From the human T2T-CHM13v2.0 reference genome, Homo sapiens, in NCBI RefSeq assembly GCF_009914755.1, contig NC_060925.1: DNA of 64,000 nt, one strand, 5' to 3'. The position numbers were made by a program, and so were the translations under genes. Positions 1-16,640 of this stretch are shown piece by piece; the first letter of the stretch is position 1; each line of letters opens with the position of its first letter. Below the pieces are notes generated by a model, which had not been told where the DNA came from, ran no database searches, and was given only the letters and a program-made list of their open reading frames with translations.

Positions 1-89
1 AAGAAATGGGTAGAATTGATAGATATTTAGAAGGTAAAATTTACAGACTTAGTAAAGGCTTAAATATGGGAAGTGAAAGGGAGGAAAGT

Positions 90-400
90 GGCTGGGGGCG
101 CGGTGGCTCACCCCTGTAATCCCAGCACTTTGGGAGGTTGAGGCGGGTGCATCACCTGAGGTCAGGAGTTTGAGACCAGCCTAGCCAACATGGTGAAACC
201 CCACCTCTACTAAAAATACAAGAATTAGCCAGGTGTGGTGGCGGGCGCCTGTAAACCCAGCTACTCAGGAGGCCGAGGCAGGAGAATGGCTTGAACCCGG
301 GAGGCGGAGGCTGCAGTGAGCTGAGATCGCACACTGCACTCCAGCCTAGGTGACACAGCAAGACTCTGTCTCAAAAAAAAAACAAAAGAAAAGAAAGAGA
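90..400 (+). mobile_element. Alu (LIN9 intron 1)
   Basis: Full dimer with A tail. Confidence 0.92.
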
Positions 401-1401
401 GGGAAGTGCCAAAGAAAATCTCTAGGTTTCTGCCCTGCCAGCTGAATGCACAGTGGAACCATTCGAATCACTAGAAGTATCTGTCCTGGGGTAGGACTGA
501 GGTGGATTTTAAACCTGTGCAGTTTGAGGGGCCTTTGAAGCATCTAAGAAGAAATGTGAAACAGGCAAGAGATATCAAGAAAGGGAGCTCAGGAAAGATC
601 TGGGCTGAAGATAGCCTTAATTTCCTTATATAAAATGTGAGCACTTACATCAACTGAAATGAAGATTAAATGAGCAAATACATGTAATATCCTTTGCATG
701 GCATCTGGTTCATAGTAAATACTCAATAAATGGTAGCTTTCATTATTGATAATGTTATATCGACTCCTGAACAATATATTAGCTAGCCTCCTTGACTAAA
801 TGTGGCCAAAAAACATACTGCTATTTCCAGTATCAAATTGAAATCGCTTTTCCTTTTCAAGACCCTGCTCTAGTTTCAGTAATAATACCTGTTACTTTGC
901 ACTAATTCCATAAAAATTATTTATGTATACTTGATTTGTGGCACTGTATGACAAAGAAAGAAAGAAAATCCCTGGTTTCAACAAAGCTGAAGTCTACCTA
1001 AACAAGACATACGCTTCACAAATACACACCAATGCACCAGAGATGTCACAAAGTAATATAAATGATTAGGTTATATAATTTGAAAGTGGAGCTGGAATTT
1101 GAACCCTAATATAAATCCCAAGTCCCTACAAAGAACCACAGTAAATTCTCAATAAATGCTGGATGATATGAAGCAAATATTCCTAATGGCAGTTGTAAGA
1201 AAGCCACTTAAAATGCCTCTCATTACAACAGAATGACTACAGTAACCAAAACAGTAGCTCTAGTGATTGTGACATCCAAGAGGTGATAAGACATGTTTAT
1301 GATAAAGATACCAAGGATGATGAAAAACATTTTCGGATGACAAGTACACTGTGCTTAGTAGGTCCACACTCATTTGGGAGCATTCTAAGTCACAATCAAG
1401 A

Positions 1402-1725
<324 letters not shown>

Positions 1726-1759
1726 CTACAAATAAACAGTACAGCTCATGACTGGTCAA

Positions 1760-1975
1760 TAGCTGTGCCCTACCCAATACAGTGACTACTAGCTACATGT
1801 GACTATGCAAGTTAAAATTAAATAAAATTCAAAATTCAGTTCCTCCATCACTCTAGCCACATTTGAAATGTTCCATGGCTACATATGGCTAGTAGCTTGG
1901 CTGCCCTACTGGACATCACAAAAGAGAACAGTTCTATCATGGACAAAGTTCCTTGGGGACTTAGTGCTGCTCTCT
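1760..1975. mobile_element. MER3-like hAT-Charlie element
   Basis: AGCTACATGTGACTA..AAAATTCAGTTCCTC..CTAGCCACATTT motifs. Confidence 0.65.
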
Positions 1976-3124
1976 ATCAAATTTAAAACACAAACACTTT
2001 TAATACGACTTTTCACCAGCTTGGCAACTTGAATTTTTAACTTTATAACTTACTAAGAACACATGACCTCACAAAGAAAATGGAATCGGTAGTATGTTGA
2101 GTCCTCATTTTTAAGTCCATTTGCCTTGTGCATAGATAAGATTCAATAGTAATTGAGCCTTTCACAAATATGTATAAACTGAATAGTGAAAGTGGATTCA
2201 GGACTTTTTTTTGTAATTAAATAACATATTTGTCTTTTCATATAATTTATGCAATATTGTAAATTACAAAATTAAGTTCCATTGCCCTTAAACTATGGAA
2301 TTGGTGCTTTTACTTACTCAACACAAGTGAGCATACATGTCTTAGATGTCAGGGTGAGTAAACATGGTTAGGGGAGGCAATGCCCTAGGGTGGGTGTCAG
2401 GCAGGGTACTGCACACGTACGCTGTGTTGGTCACATCCATGCATAAAGGTACCTTTATGGCTCTTAAGACACATATAGAATAAAGTCTGCGGGACGGGGT
2501 CTACCTGAACACTGAGTATCCGGGCTGGATGATCTCAGGAAAGGTCCACAGCCACCTGTGGTCCCAGGGGAAGGGGCCAACCCTCTGACACGGAAACACT
2601 TCCAGGGGTGGACACACCGGTGGGGGGGTGGGGAGGACAGTGAAGATCACAAGTGCCCGTAGAGGCAGGAGCTGTGACAGGACAAGATCAGAGGCTGGGG
2701 CAAGAAGAAGGGGCCGTGGACCACCCCGTGCCCAGCCCGAGCCCTCCCCCGGCCCCGGGACAGGCGAGTTACATAACCCCGGCGGGCGTCTCTCGGCGCC
2801 GGGCGAGTGGTGCAGGCGGCGAGGACAGCCCCCGCGCCCAGGGGCCGCTCTTCCCTCCACCTCGGCTGGGGGCCGGAGTGGCGCCAGGGGAGCAGCCACC
2901 GCCTCCGCCTGGCACAGGCTGGACTCCCGGGCTCTCGGTTTCCGGCCCTGGCGCTCACACAACCCCAGAAACCAACACACAGACACCATAACAAAGGCGG
3001 CGACGCGGCGGCAACACCGGAGTGGGAGGACTAGGGGACCACAGTGGGGCTGGCAGTCAGCCCACCTGCCCAGCGGAGGGCACGGCCGTCCGTCCCGGCC
3101 GGTGCAACCGCTGGGCAAGCAGCA

Positions 3125-3134
3125 GGCGGGAAAA
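3125..3134 (-). promoter_or_regulatory. Consensus E2F site (TTTTCCCGCC) at the start of LIN9 intron 1
   Basis: GGCGGGAAAA on + strand matches TTTSSCGC. Confidence 0.55.
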
Positions 3135-3162
3135 GGGGGGGGTGCTTTGAGGTGCTACTCAC

Positions 3163-3241
3163 TCTCGTCAGGCAACTGGTCGAGCTCCGCCATCTTGAAC
3201 GAGCCGCGCCGCTTTTTCAAAGGCTGCCCGCCGCGGTGCAT
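3163..3241 (-). CDS. LIN9: LIN9 first coding exon (MHRGGQPLKKRRGSFK-MAELDQLPDE); in-frame ATGs at 3241 and 3193; rest of gene lies left of the window
   Basis: Translation matches the recalled LIN9 N-terminus. The ATG at 3193 has strong Kozak context (AAGATGG). The exon ends in phase 1 at a GTGAGT donor (3162-3157). Confidence 0.93.
3216..3221 (-). promoter_or_regulatory. CHR-like element TTTGAA (variant TTCGAA at 3273-3278)
   Basis: Motif match close to the LIN9 start; binding not shown. Confidence 0.4.
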
Positions 3242-5629
3242 TGTGGGGCGGAGACTGTCTTTGCGAGGGAGGTTCGAATGCGGAGCTCGCTGCCCGCGGC
3301 GCCGCGCTGCGCTGCTCCCGCCGCGGCTGGCTGAGGCGGGCCCGGCTCCGCCCGCGCCTGCCCGGGGAGGAGGTGCCGCCGAAGGGGGGCCGCGCCTCGC
3401 CCCTCCGCCGCCGCCTCCGGCCGAGCCGGGCGGGAGGAAGGGAGGAAGGAGGCCGCACGGCGAGGCCCGGCGCCGGAGCGCGGGGGGAGCAGTACCAGCT
3501 CCGGAGTCCCGCCCGGGCCCCGCTCCCGGCGCATGTTCCGCGGCCCGCGCTGCAGCTGCGGGAACTGCAGGCTGTTTGTTCCGAGTGGAGAACGGGAGGG
3601 AGGCCCCGGCGGGGGGAAAGAAGCCCTCGGTTCTGGGTCGCATTGCCCGAGGGGGCTCTACGCAAAGTGAAATACTCACAGTTCCCGAAACCCACGTTGC
3701 TTGGGCGCCTCCGTCCCCTCACTTTTCCCGAGACCGCCGGCCGCAGCAGCCCCCTGCGCGTCGCGACGTCCGGGACTCGGTCCCAGCGGCCCCTCGCGAT
3801 CCGGGCACGCCTTTCCCGAATGTTGGAAGCTGAGCTGCGTGCAGCCGGGGAGCGAGACCTTGAGAGGTCATGAAGTTGGTCATTTAGGCCGACAGCTAAA
3901 GAACTGTTCTGCTCAGCTGTTTCATCCATTCGACACTAGATCGTGCAGTGGGCTGGAAGAGAATTAGAAAACGAGTAACAGGAGGCTTCGAGAGGATACA
4001 GAAAGGAACAGTGACACTACAAGGTGATAAAGTACCTGATCCAAATGTTATGAGAATACTGGACGAGAATTGAACGAAATTGAAAGAAGCCCAAGGAAAA
4101 ATTTCACAATATCTGTCTGTAACACTTTCCAGTAATAAAACACTGTTGCTTTTCAAAAATTCATTTAACGAATGTCATTGAGCTCCAATCCTTTTCTCCA
4201 GGAATTTATGGGGGTTGGAGGAATGAGACCGTTAAGCAGTCAAAAGACAACGTGGGTGAATTCCAGGAACTACAAAGTTAAAAGGCGGTAGACTAAGGTG
4301 ACAGAGTGGTACACAGAGGCCCGCCCAGGCTAAGGAGTTGAACTTGCTTAGTCCACTGGAGCAGTGGAAAAGTCGGGTGTAAGAGGGGCACGTTTCTATT
4401 TGTGTTTTAGAACAAAAATATGGGAAATGGATTGGTGGGGGACAAGATGAGAGCCTAGAAACCAGTCAGGAAGAAGCTTATTTGGGGCATGCAAAGGACA
4501 GAAGAGAGATGCCTGCACTGGTAGCTAGAGAGGTGCAGCGGGTGGGCTCTGGAGCCCCAGGGCCTCGATGGGAAGAATCCAGATGGGCTGCTAGTTGTAT
4601 AATCTCAGGCACGTTGGTTTCTTAACCGAATTCTCTGTGCCTCAGTTTCTTATCTGTAAAATGCAAATAACAGGGTTATTTTGAGGGCTAAACGATTTGA
4701 TAGATGTAAGGACCTTATACTAGCTGCTAGCACCCATCAGCTAGCCACTATTACCACCATTACCACAGCATAGGCAGTATTAGAGAGAGGTGGCAGCATG
4801 CACTCCACCTTTCAAGACGTGGAAAATAAAGGATTGGGTGAGTCACTGGGTGTGAGGAGAAGGAAGTCTCATTGCTGATGCCAGCTCTGTGCCTTGGGTA
4901 ACTGGGTGCTGCCATGCTAAGGTAGGAGGGAGAGCAGGGAGTGAGCAGGGAGGGTGAAAGTTCAATTTTACAAAGTAATCCTTCCTTCAGAGCTAGCTTA
5001 ACCTCTCCTTTGCCTTCTAAACACACTCTGATCTGCTCCCTAAGAAGATTAAAACACTGGTCCTTGTTGTCAGCACCTAGGGGGTGCTTCAGCAGCTTGC
5101 ACTTCAGTATCAATTTGGAGATGAGATCAAGAAAAGGTCAGCCCTTTAAGAATGGAAGAATAGAAATTAAAAAAACATGAGAGGTTACCAGAGTGGGAGA
5201 AGCAAAAGCTTTGTGAATGTCATGATAGTCAAGGTGTCATTAGACCAAGGCAAACCTGGTTTTATTCTGAGGCAGTTTTCATGTACACGCAACAACACAA
5301 CTACTGTTTAAATCAATGTTTTTAGGCCCTTGCCTGATAATCTGCATTTTAAACAAAAACTTTGACTCTTCTCATAAATCCAAAGCCTGAAGCTGTATCC
5401 TAGCCCCAGATCTAGCGCTTAGCTGTGTGATCGAAGCCAAGGCACACCTAACTCTTCAATAAGTTTCGTTATTGAATATTTATGACAGGTTTTACAATGA
5501 TTGGCTTACTTGATTCTCCCAACAACCTGGTAATTTGTCCAAAGACAATGGCAAGCAAGTGCTAGAATCAGGAATCTAGCCCACTTTTCGGTGCCTCAGT
5601 GACTCCCTCTGTGATGGGAGGATTACACG

Positions 5630-6342
<713 letters not shown>

Positions 6343-6711
6343 AACATGCAACACAGGGGTATTAAGTTTCCTGCAATCACTTATTCCAATTTAAAATGAC
6401 ATGACTGTGTGTGGTGTTTGCTTTTTAAAAAAAACAAACCACGGTGTGGATAAGGTCATTAAGTCATGAAAAACCTAAATAAAAATACACCATAAGAAAC
6501 ATCTCATGTACCATCATAAATATATCCACCTACTATGTACCCACAAAAATTCTAAAAAATTTTAAAAATACCATAAGAAAAATAAACATGGCCACGTTTT
6601 AGAAATACCAGGTTTGACCATTTCTAGTCCTGTGGCCTATTTATCAATTATTGGGTTGGATTATTTTTGTGAAAACAGTTGCAATGACTAAAGATAAAAT
6701 GTGTGTGTTGG

Positions 6712-7121
<410 letters not shown>

Positions 7122-8780
7122 TCAGTTTGCCTTGCTTGAGTATCTCAGCCATAATGAGGTAAAAAGGCTCTCCAGCCTATAAATATACATATTTTTAAGT
7201 TATGTTGCTGGTAGGACTCCACACTCAGCATTTCCTCTTCCAGCATCCAAGTACACCAGGAGTACTGATGGCCCCAGGATCTAGGTTCAAATTGCAGTTC
7301 ACCTACTTCCCTTGTGTGTATTCTTGAACAAATTACTCTCAGTAGTAGTTTTTAGTTTTCTTCTCCCTTTCTTGAAGGGTTATCATGAAGATTAAATTAC
7401 ATATTGTAAATTAAGTGCCTACCAAGATCTCCAGTGACTGTTGGTATCCTTCCTTGATGAGAATCCCTCTTTTACAACATAAATATTCTCAAAAATGTGC
7501 CCAGTGGCCATCCTGGTAATTCCCTTCAGAATCATCTCCCTGAACATGTTCAGAGCAGTGGAAACAGGCGTGAGGAGTGAGAGCAGAAGACATGGGTTCT
7601 AAGCCTTGCTTTACCTCTAGTGAGCACCATGATCTCGGACAAGTCATTGAACCTTTCTGCCTTCGTCTTTCCCATTTGGGGAGTGAATATAACTACACTG
7701 CCCTACCTAGATCACAATGTGAGGATGCATGTCCATAAAATTGAGATAATAAAAGATAAAATTCTCTACATGTGCTAGATATTATGTATAACATCCAAGT
7801 TTAGTGGAGTTTAGTATGTTACACTACTCTAATGAAAACTATAACAAAGCTTTTTAAAAAATCATATACAATACAAATGTGAAACTCATAATGAACCAAA
7901 GACCTAAATGTAAAAGCTAAACCATAAAAATTCCTAAAAGAAAACATAGGTGTAAATCTTCATGACCTTAGATTAAGCAACAGTTTCTCAGCTATGACAC
8001 AAAAGCACAATCAACCAAAGAAAGTATAAATTGGACCTCATCAAAATTAAAAATTTGTGTGTTTCAAAGGGCACTATCAAGAAAGTGAAAAGACAACCCT
8101 TAGAATGGGAGAAAATATTTGCAAATCTTATATCTGATAAAGCACTTGTATCCAAAACATTTAAACACATTTAAAACTCTTATAACTTGGTAATAAAAAG
8201 ACAACCCAATTCAAAAATGTGTGAAGGATCTGAATAGACATTTCTCCACAGTAGATAAGTCAATAAGCACACAAAAGACTGTTCAAGATCATTATCATTG
8301 GGGAGCTACAAATCAAAACCACAATGAGATACCAATTCACACCCACTGGGATAGCTATGATAAAAAAGACAGATAATAACAAGTGTTGGCAAGGATGTGA
8401 AGAAATCAGAACACTGTGTACTGCTATTGGGAATGTAAAATGGTGCAGCTGCTATGGAAAACAATATGGTGGTTCTTCAAAGATTTATACATAAAAGTAC
8501 TATGCTATATGATCCAGCAATTCTACTCTGAATATAAATACCCAAAATAATGAAAAGCAAGGACTCAAACAAATATTTGTACACCCATGTTCTTAGCAGT
8601 ATTACTTCACAATAGCCAAGAGTTGGACGCAACCTAAGTATTTATTGATGGATGAATGGAAAAAGAAAATGTGGTACATAAATACAATAGAAAATTATTT
8701 AGTCTAGAAAAGGAAGAAAATTCTGTCATATATGAGGGGTCTTAAGAAAGTTCATGGAAAATGCATATTATGAAAAAACT

Positions 8781-9161
<381 letters not shown>

Positions 9162-9335
9162 CTAGTCTGAAACACTAAGAAGGATAAGACATCAGTTTGA
9201 ACAGAGTACCTTTCAGAGCAACATAAATTCTGCCAAAATTGAAGCAAGAACAAACATCAATGGTGAAGCTTGATGGTGGACAAATGGAAGCTTTACGGTG
9301 AAGCTTGGGTGAAAGAATGATGAAATTATTGATGC

Positions 9336-9764
9336 TCTTAAAGCAAACTAAATATAGCCTGAGAAGAAAGTCCATACTTCTGTATTTGAGTCCTTGTGGA
9401 CTAACTGTAACCTAGTGTAATAGGCAGACAAGATTAAAAACTTAACTTAGGAGTATGTGCCTATAACTAAATTGCTGAGTCTTGGCCAATCCCAGCAGCC
9501 ATACTTCAAGCACTCTTAGACTGCTGAGTGTTCAAACTGTGTTCAAATAAGGCAAATGTTAACCTGTAACCAATCCAGCTGTTTCTGTACCTCACTTCTG
9601 ATTTCTGTACATCACTTTACTTTTTTTGCCTATAAATTTGTTCTGACCATGAGGCACCCCTGGAGTCTCTCTGAATCTGCTGTAATTCTAGGGGCTGCCC
9701 AATTTGGGAATTGTCCATTGCTCAATTAAACTCCTTTAATTAGGCTGAAGTTTTTCTTTTAACA
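9336..9764 (+). mobile_element. Solo ERV1 LTR (MER57-like)
   Basis: T(C/G)TTAAAGCAAACTAAATAT...TTTTAACA ends, 4-bp TSD ATGC. Confidence 0.75.
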
Positions 9765-10118
9765 ATGCTTTGCAAAAAGTTTATGAGGATGATGCACCAA
9801 AGAATTCAGCAGTTTACAAATAGATAACTCATTTTAAGAGAGGACAAGACGATATTGAAGATGAAACCTGAAGCAACAGAGCATCCACTTCAATTTTCAA
9901 GGAAAAAGTTAACCTTATTTGTACCCTAATTGAAGAAGACTGATTATTAACAGCAGAAACAATACCCAACACCATAGATATCTCAATTGGCTCACTTTAC
10001 ACAATTCTAATAGAAAAATTAAAGGTGAGCAAACTTTTCATTTGATGGATGCCAAAACAGTTGCATTCAGATCAGCTGCAGACAAGAGCAGAGAGCACAG
10101 CATTTTTTTTTCCTTCCA

Positions 10119-10222
10119 TGTCAGACAGGTAATATGCCGATGTTGTAACAAGGTTCAAGGGTGGGACATCTCACACATGAGCATGAACACACAATCATCG
10201 TGCTCAGGAGCTACAAAAGGAT
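10119..10222 (-). pseudogene. U13 snoRNA (SNORD13) retrocopy
   Basis: ATCCTTTTGTAG...GATGA...CCTTGAACCTTGTTAC...TCTGAC, short A tail, GAGCAGAG duplicated at the flanks. Confidence 0.88.
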
Positions 10223-10637
10223 TGAGCAGAGCTTTCAATGGAAATTTTAAACGAGTGGGGTCAGGATCCTGAAGCACTTCCTTGAAGAATTATAACAGGA
10301 GATGAGACGTGGCTTTACCAGTATGATCCTGAAGACAAAGCACAATCTAAACAATGGCAACCAAGAGGTGGAAGTGGTCCAGTCACAGCAAAAGTGGACC
10401 AGTCAAGAGCAAAGGTCATGGCAATAGCTTTTTGGGATGCTTGAGGTATTTTACTTGTTAACTGTCCGGAGGGCCAAAGAATGATAACATCTGCTTATTA
10501 CAGGAGTGTTTTGAGAAAGTTAGTCAAAGCTTTAGCAGAAAATCCCTAAGAAATCTTCACTAGGGAGTCTTTCTCTGCCACACCAATGCTACTGTTCATT
10601 CCTCTCATCAAAATGGGTGCAAGCAAGAGTTTCAACA

Positions 10638-10953
10638 GGCTGGACACAGTGGCTCATGCCTGTAATCCAGCACTTTGGGAGGCCAAGGCAGGTGAATTGC
10701 TTGAGCCCAGGAATTAGAGACCAGCGTGGGCAACATGGTGAAACCCCGTCTCTACAAAAAATACAAAAATTAGCCAGGCGTGGTTGCGCATGCCTGTAGT
10801 CCCAGCTGCTCGGAAGGCTGAGGTGGGAGAATTGCTTGGGCCCAGGAGGTAGAGGTTGTGGTGAGCCGTGATTGTGTCACTCCACTCCAGTCTGGGCTAC
10901 AGAGTGAGGCCCTGCCTCAAAAAACAAACAAACAAACAAATAAATAAATAAAT
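10638..10953 (+). mobile_element. AluJ-like element inside HSMAR2
   Basis: Full dimer, TSD AGAGTTTCAA. Confidence 0.9.
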
Positions 10954-11233
10954 AGAGTTTCAAAAGGAAATCATTAGGCATCCACCTTACAGTCCTGATT
11001 TGCCTCCTTCTGCCTTCATTTCCTAATCTTTAAAAAAAACCATTAAACTACACCTATTTTTCTTCAGTTAGTATCGTAAAAGAGACTGCACTGACATGGT
11101 TACGTTCCCAGGACCCTCAGTTCTTTAGGGATGGACTAAATGGCTGGTATCATTGCTTACAAAAGAAAGTGTCCCGAACTTGGTGAAGTCTATGTTGAGA
11201 AATAAAGTTTATATTTTTTATTTTAACTTTTTT

Positions 11234-13290
<2,057 letters not shown>

Positions 13291-15006
13291 TTAAAAAAAA
13301 ATCATTTAATTCAATTTTTCCACTAACTTCTTGAAGTCCGCTCGTACTACAGCATAGATCAATCTTGAAGACTTTATGCTTAGCCGAATAAGCCAGCGAA
13401 ATAACACATAAGGAGAAATACTGTAGGATTCCACTTATGTGAGGAACCTGGAGTTCTCGAATTCATAGAGAAAAAGCAGAATGGTGCTTGCCAGGGGTTG
13501 AAGGGGAGAGGAGTGAGGAGTTATTGTTTAATGGGTACAGAGTTTCAGTTTTGGATGATAAAAAAGTTCTGGAGGTGGATGGTGGTGATGGTTTCACAAC
13601 AATGTGAATGTACTTAGTGTACTTAGTGCCACTGAACTGTACGCTTTAAAATGGCTAAAATGGTAAATATTATATTATGTGCATTTTACCACAAGAAAAA
13701 AATTCATATTACACAAACATTACAGGTATGATTCCAATTACTAAATATATTTGCATAGATTAAGCTCAGAACAAAAGATATCCAATGTTTATGGTGGTTA
13801 TCTCTGAGTGATAGGGTTATGGGTGCTTTTAATTTTCTCTGAATCTGTATTTATAATAGAGAAATTATAAGTAGTAAATTATATAAAATTATGAGCAGTA
13901 AAATGTTTTTTATTACTTTTGCCAGTACTGCAAGTCCAAAATATTTTGTATTATCTTTTTTTTTTTTTTGAGACAGAGTTTCTCTCTTGTCACCCAGGCT
14001 GTATTGCAATGGAACAATCTTGGCTCACTGCAACCTCTGCCTCCCAGATTCAAGGTTCAAGCAATTTCACTTCAGCCTCCCGAGTAGCTGGGATTATAGG
14101 CACCTGCCACCACACTGGCTAATTTTTATATTTTTGGTAGACATAGGATTTCGCCATGTTGGACAGGCTGGTCTCCAACTCCTGACCTCAGGTGATCCGC
14201 TCACCTTGGCCTCCCAAAGTGCTGGTATTACAGGCGTGAGCCACCGTGCCTGGTCTTGTATTACTTTTATAATAAAAGCAGGCATTGAAAAATGTGGTAA
14301 AAGAGGGAAACAACAGACACTTGAGGGTGGAGAGTGGGAGGAGGGAGCGGATCAGAAAAAATAACTGTTGGCTATTAGGCTTAGTAACTGGGTGATGAAA
14401 TAATCTGTACAACAAACCCCCATGACATGAGTTTACCTATATAACAACCTGCACATGTACCCCGAACCTAAAATAAAAGTTAAACAAAAGGAAAAAAGTG
14501 GTATACCATACAATGAAATATTATTCAGCCATAAAAAGGAATGAAGTACCGGTAAATGTTACAACATGAATGAACCTTGAAAACATCATATGCTAAGTGA
14601 AAGAAGACAGTCATAGAAGATCACATATTGTATGATTCCACTCATGTGAAATGTGCAGAATAGGTAAATCCATGGAGATAAAGGACAGATTAGTGATTGC
14701 TTAGGGCTGATGGGAATAGGGGCAGGGGTGGGGGATGGGGATTGACTACTAATGAGTACAGGGTTTCTTTCTCTCTTCTTCTCTCTTTCTTTTTTAGAGA
14801 CAAGGTCTTGCTTGCTGTTGCCCAAGCTGAAGTATAGTGGCCTTATCATAGCTCACTGCAGCCTAGAACTCTTGGGGCTCGAGAAATCCTCCTGCCTCAG
14901 CCTCTGGAGTGGCTGGGACTAGTGTGTGCCACCATGCCTGGCTAAATTTTTTTTTTGTAGAGACAGGGATCTCATCATGTTGCTTACGCTGGTCTTAAAT
15001 TCTTGG

Positions 15007-15562
15007 CGAGAGGTGAAGCCAGCGCGCCTTCTGGATGGGGTGGGCACTTGGAGAACCTTTCTATCTAGCTAGAGGATTGTAAATACACCAATCAGCACTC
15101 TGTGTCTAGCTAGAGGATTGTAAATGCACCAATCAACGTTCCATAAAAATTGACCAATCAGCACTCTGTAAAATGGACCAATCAGCACTCTGTGAAATAG
15201 ACCAATCAACGGGACATGGGAGGGGCCAAATAAGGGAATAAAAGCTGGCCACCGGAGTCAGAAGTGGTAACGTGTTCTGCCTTGTTATTTTGCACTTCAG
15301 ATTGATTCTTGCTGTTGCTTACTGTTTGGGTCTGCGCTACTTTTAAGAGCTGTAACCCTCGCTACAGAGGTCTGTGGGTTCGTTCTTGAAGTCAGCAAGA
15401 CCACGAACCCACTGGAAGGAAGACACTGTGGATATATCTGAAGGAACAAACTCTGGACACACCGTTTTTGTGACTTCTTAACACTCAACACCAACGTCCG
15501 CAGCTTCATTCTTGAAGTCAGTGAGACCAAGAACCCACCGGAAAGAACCGACTCCGGACCCA
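15007..15562 (+). mobile_element. LTR12-family (ERV9) solo LTR inserted in an older Alu
   Basis: GAGAGGTGAAGCC start, tandem CCAATCAGCACTCTG units, end ..TCCGGACCCA; the Alu resumes on both sides. Confidence 0.88.
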
Positions 15563-15996
15563 CTGGCCTCAAGGGATCCTTCTGCCTCAGTCTCCCAAAG
15601 TGCTGGAGCCGCCGTGTTCAGTCCACTGTACAGGGTTTCATTTTGGGGTGATGAAAATGTCTTGTAATTGGCCGGGTGTGGTGGCTCACGCCTGTGATCC
15701 CAGCACTCTGGGAGGCTGAGGAGGGTAGATCACTTGGGGAGAGGAGTTCAAGACCGGCCTGACCAATACGGTGAAACCCTGTCTGTTTTAAAAATACAAA
15801 AATTAACTGGGTGTGGTGGTGGGCAGTGGTAATGCAGATACTCGGGAGGCTGAGGCTGGAGAATCACTTGAACCTGGGAGGCAGAGGCTCAGTGAGTTGA
15901 GATCGTGCCACTGCATTCCAGCCCGGGTGACAGCAAGAATCCGTCTCAAAAAAAAGTCCTGAAATCAACCCTGGTGGTTGCACAACTCTGTGCATA

Positions 15997-16640
15997 CAGT
16001 AGTCCCCACTTCTCCAGAGTTTCTCTTGCCGTGGTTTCATTTACCCATAAACAACTGAGGTCCGAAAAGAGATGAGTACAGTATAAGATATTTAGAGACA
16101 CAGTTACAATATACAGTAACTTGTATTACAGTATACATTTGTTACAGTATATTGCTGTGATTGCTCTGTTTTATTATTATTTTTGAGACAAGGTCTGTCA
16201 TCCAGGCTGGAGTGCAGGGGTGCAATGATGGCTCACTATAGCCTGGACCTCCCCAGGCTCGGGTGATTTTGCTACCTCAGCCTCCATAGTAGCTGGGACC
16301 ACTGGCATGCATCACCACACCCAGCAATTTTTGTATATTTTATAGAGATGGGGTTTTGCCATGTTGCCCAGGCTGGTCTTGAACTCCTGGGCTCAAGCAG
16401 TCTGCTTGCCCTGGCCTCCCAAAGTGCTGGGGTTACATGCGTGAGCCGCTGTGCCCAGCCTGTTCTATTTTATTATTAGTTATTGTTGTTAATCTCTTAC
16501 TTTGCTAATTTACAAATTAAACTTTATCGTAGGTATGTATGTATAGAGAAAACAGTATATATAGGATTCAGTACTATCGTCAGTTTCAGGCATCCAATGG
16601 GGGTCCTGGAATGTATCCCCCAGGGTTAAGTGTGAACTAG
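15997..16640 (+). mobile_element. MER44-like Tigger element, with an Alu inserted
   Basis: CAGTAGTCCCC start, ..GGAATGTATCCCCCAGGG.TAAG end. Confidence 0.65.

Larger units (their letters stand above)
2700..3860. promoter_or_regulatory. LIN9: CpG island / LIN9 promoter and first exon region
   Basis: Very high GC and CpG density, with GC boxes, around LIN9 exon 1. Confidence 0.9.

Noticed and set aside
2495-2510. Possible extra LIN9 splice donor (CAG|GTAGAC) in intron 1
   Set aside because: Weak consensus and no supportable exon start
2628-3833. 401-aa + strand ORF and other overlapping ORFs at the LIN9 promoter
   Set aside because: GC-rich CpG-island artefact: low-complexity Arg/Gly/Pro/Ala, non-ATG start, no recognisable domain
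9765-11205. Active or domesticated mariner transposase
   Set aside because: Multiple stops, frameshifts and insertions
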